From Stegostoma tigrinum (lineage: Eukaryota), in the NCBI RefSeq assembly GCF_030684315.1, contig NC_081386.1:3295914-3359913 (forward strand): a stretch of 64,000 nt of DNA, in the 5' to 3' direction. Positions 61,519 through 64,000 of this stretch are shown in pieces. A model generated the notes under the pieces. The model did no database searches, was not told the origin of the DNA, and saw nothing but the letters and a program-made list of their open reading frames with translations. How positions within the stretch are numbered: position 1 is the stretch's first letter; every line of letters starts with the position of its first letter. A program made the translations under genes and the position numbers.

Positions 61519-62573
61519 GTAAGGTGCACCACAAGCTGGAATAAGTGGCCAGTCTTCTGTGAAGTAATTTCTAGTCCCTTCGAGCCCATGTAAAGCCGGG
61601 GTAATTATCAAGCTGTACTTCACAGGAAGAAATCACTTACAGTTTAATAGTGCCGGACACCCCAATGTCCTTTACTGCCACTGAAATGTTTTTCCAAGGT
61701 GTGGTCAATAGAAATATGCAGAACAGCGAGCAGCAAGGGGATTCTGACCAGCCCAATCCCCTACAGATATTGAATGTTAAATATTGGTCAGGATTGCAGG
61801 GGGATCTTTAAACTGTGCTGTAGACTCATTCACCACCTGACAGATAACTCCATCACCTGGAATTTGTGTTCAGTTCTCTAGGAAGAGTCTTGAGCTGACA
61901 GTTCTGAGAGATAGGAATACTAACATTAAGCCAGGCTAACATCTTAGAAGAATGCACGTATTGATTTAGATTATTACCTAGTATAGGGACTAATGTGGAG
62001 TTTCAGTAAATTAAGATTTAATTCAAATTAACATTAGAATAGATTGGTGAGAAATAAGCTTTGACCACATCCCTCCAGATTGGATTTATTAGCAATACAG
62101 AGAGTTAGTTGGTCAACATCAAACATTTTCAAATGCTTTAAATAAATTTCACCTATTCAGGGGTATCAAACTACACCCGCTCGGTGATATACCTGTTGCT
62201 GTATCATGCCACATTATATTTGGATCCTTGATCAACCTACAATTTTCAGACACACCCAGTCAGATGAAACTAAACACACACTTGATAAGACCCTCAAGAT
62301 GCTTCAAAGCTTTGGATGAAAATGCACACAACAGGGACTCTCGTCAGAATGTGCCATCCCTCCCTGTCTTTGCTAGAGTTTATTGCAGCACTGTGTTGCC
62401 GTGCAGTCTCGTGACTCAGCACTGTGGCCCATCAATTCTCTACGCTCTTTCCTCTTTAAGTATCATTGTGATTCTTGTTATTCACAAACATGTTTCGGAA
62501 AACACACTTAGGCCCAACATCTGACACTGTGTAATGCCAGGAAGCAGTTTGGAACCTCACACGCAGAGTCTGA

Positions 62574-62574
<1 letters not shown>

Positions 62575-62654
<80 letters not shown>
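62575..62654 (+). repeat. (CA)40 microsatellite in FAH intron 2
   Basis: Perfect CA run. Confidence 0.97.
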
Positions 62655-62656
<2 letters not shown>

Positions 62657-62893
62657 AACAAGCGCATGCAGCAGGATACAGCGTAAAGGTCTGCCAAATG
62701 ATTATAAATGTGAGATTTCTTCTGTGTATCAGAACAGTCCCATTGAATTAGTTACTAGCAATACTACTACTGAGTTAGAATCATGGAATGATCTACCACA
62801 GAAGAAGACCACTCTGCCCACCATGCCTGTGCTATATTCTTGCATTTGTAGGATACTAATGACTGTGAAACATTGTCTGTGTCTTTCTTGCAG

Positions 62894-63015
62894 CCAACCC
62901 TTAACCCTTTCATGGCTCTTGGCCGTGAAGCCTGGAAGGAAGCTCGAGGCTTTCTGCAGCAGCTGTTGTCAGCTGGTGAAGCGACACTGCGGGATAACAA
63001 GGAACTGAGGCAGAA
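62894..63015 (+). CDS. FAH: Fumarylacetoacetase exon 3 (gene continues beyond window)
   Basis: tctttcttgcag acceptor. Reads [40 protein letters not shown]. 122 nt; donor AA|gtaagg. Missed by the ORF track in this frame. Confidence 0.96.
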
Positions 63016-63099
63016 GTAAGGAACCAATATGTGGACCTGGCCACAATAAGCCTTTAATGAATGCTGTTAAAATTAATCTTTTAAATGTAGTGATGATTA

Positions 63100-63790
63100 G
63101 CTTGGATGAAACCCCCCATCAACATCCTGGAAGTTACCATTGACCAGAAACTCAACTGGACTGACCACATTAACAGAGTGGCTACAAGAGCAGCTCAGAA
63201 GTTCGGAGTACTGCAGCGAGTAGCACACCTCCTGACTCCTCAAAGCCTGTCTACCATCTACAAGGCACAAGTCAGGAGTGTGATGGAATACTCCCCACTT
63301 GCCTGGATCAGTGCAGCCCCAACAACACTCAAGAAGCTTGACACCATCCAGGACAAAGCAGCCGCTTGATTGGCACTACATCCACAAGCATCCACTCCCT
63401 CCACCACTGACACTCAATAGTAGCAGTGTGTGCCATCTACAAGATGCACTGCAGAAATTCACCAAAGATCCTCAGACAGCACCTTCCAAACCCACAACTA
63501 CTTCTATCTAGAAGGACAAGGGCAGCAGATACATGGGAACACCACCACCTCCAATTTCCTCTCCAAGTCACTCACCACCCTGACTTGGAAATATATTGCC
63601 CTTGCTTCACTGTTGCTGGGTCAAAGTCCTGGACTTCCCTCCCTGATAGCATTGTGGGTCAACGCAAAGCACGAGGAATGCAGCAGTTCAAGAAGGCAGC
63701 TCGCCTCCACCTTCTGAAGGGCACCTAGGGATGGGCAAGAAATGCTGGCTCGTCAGCAATGCCCACATCCCACAAAATGAATAGAAAAAA
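63100..63790 (+). mobile_element. CR1/L2-group LINE (second family) 3' end
   Basis: PINILEVTIDQKLNWTDHINRVATRAAQK...YKAQVRSVMEYSPLAW; tail gcccacatcccacaaaatgaatagaaaaa. Confidence 0.88.
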
Positions 63791-63791
63791 A

Positions 63792-63952
63792 AATCTGCAC
63801 ATCTTTAGGCTGTGGGAAGAAACCAGTGCACCTGTCAGAAATGTGTGCAGACACAGGGAGAATGTTAAAACTCCATACGGACAGTCACCTGAGGCTGGAA
63901 TCAAACCTGGTTCTCTGGAGCTCTGAGGCAGCAGTGCTACCCACTGAGCCGC
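63792..63952 (-). mobile_element. HE1-type SINE 5' half
   Basis: Reverse complement of the tRNA-like head and body. Confidence 0.75.
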
Positions 63953-64000
63953 TTGATTGGCACTACCCTTCCTGCTGGAAGGGACTCTGTTGTCCTCACC

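Noticed and set aside
62456-62653. Cys-Val repeat ORF
   Set aside because: Translation of the (CA)40 microsatellite.

Overview
This is eukaryotic genomic DNA, very probably from a shark or ray. The inference rests on HE1-type SINEs, CR1/HER1-like LINEs and abundant Penelope-like elements (PLEs). Two host genes lie on the + strand. (1) A complete ZFAND6 gene (A20 + AN1 zinc finger): CpG-island promoter at ~2.46-3.37 kb, coding exons 10980-11127, 14033-14144, 28306-28415, 31670-31786 and 38161-38309 giving 211 aa, and a polyA signal at 38979. (2) The first three coding exons of fumarylacetoacetase FAH (54965-55045, 61408-61518, 62894-63015), which continues past the window end. The ZFAND6-FAH order matches human 15q25. 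Most other ORF-track entries are retroelement fragments or noise. The main observations are: a frame-preserving 228-nt candidate cassette exon in ZFAND6 (29390-29617; 76 acidic/Ser-rich aa with an RRTKRK motif) that has no counterpart in the human protein as I recall it; PLE termini from about four families carrying minimal hammerhead ribozyme motifs, including an intact inverted pair in ZFAND6 intron; fold-back PLE insertions with 13-14 bp target-site duplications (TSDs), one apparently carrying ~150 bp of extra DNA; and an unexplained 102-bp direct repeat flanking 791 bp downstream of ZFAND6. Repeat boundaries are approximate, and family names come from motif recognition, not database searches.
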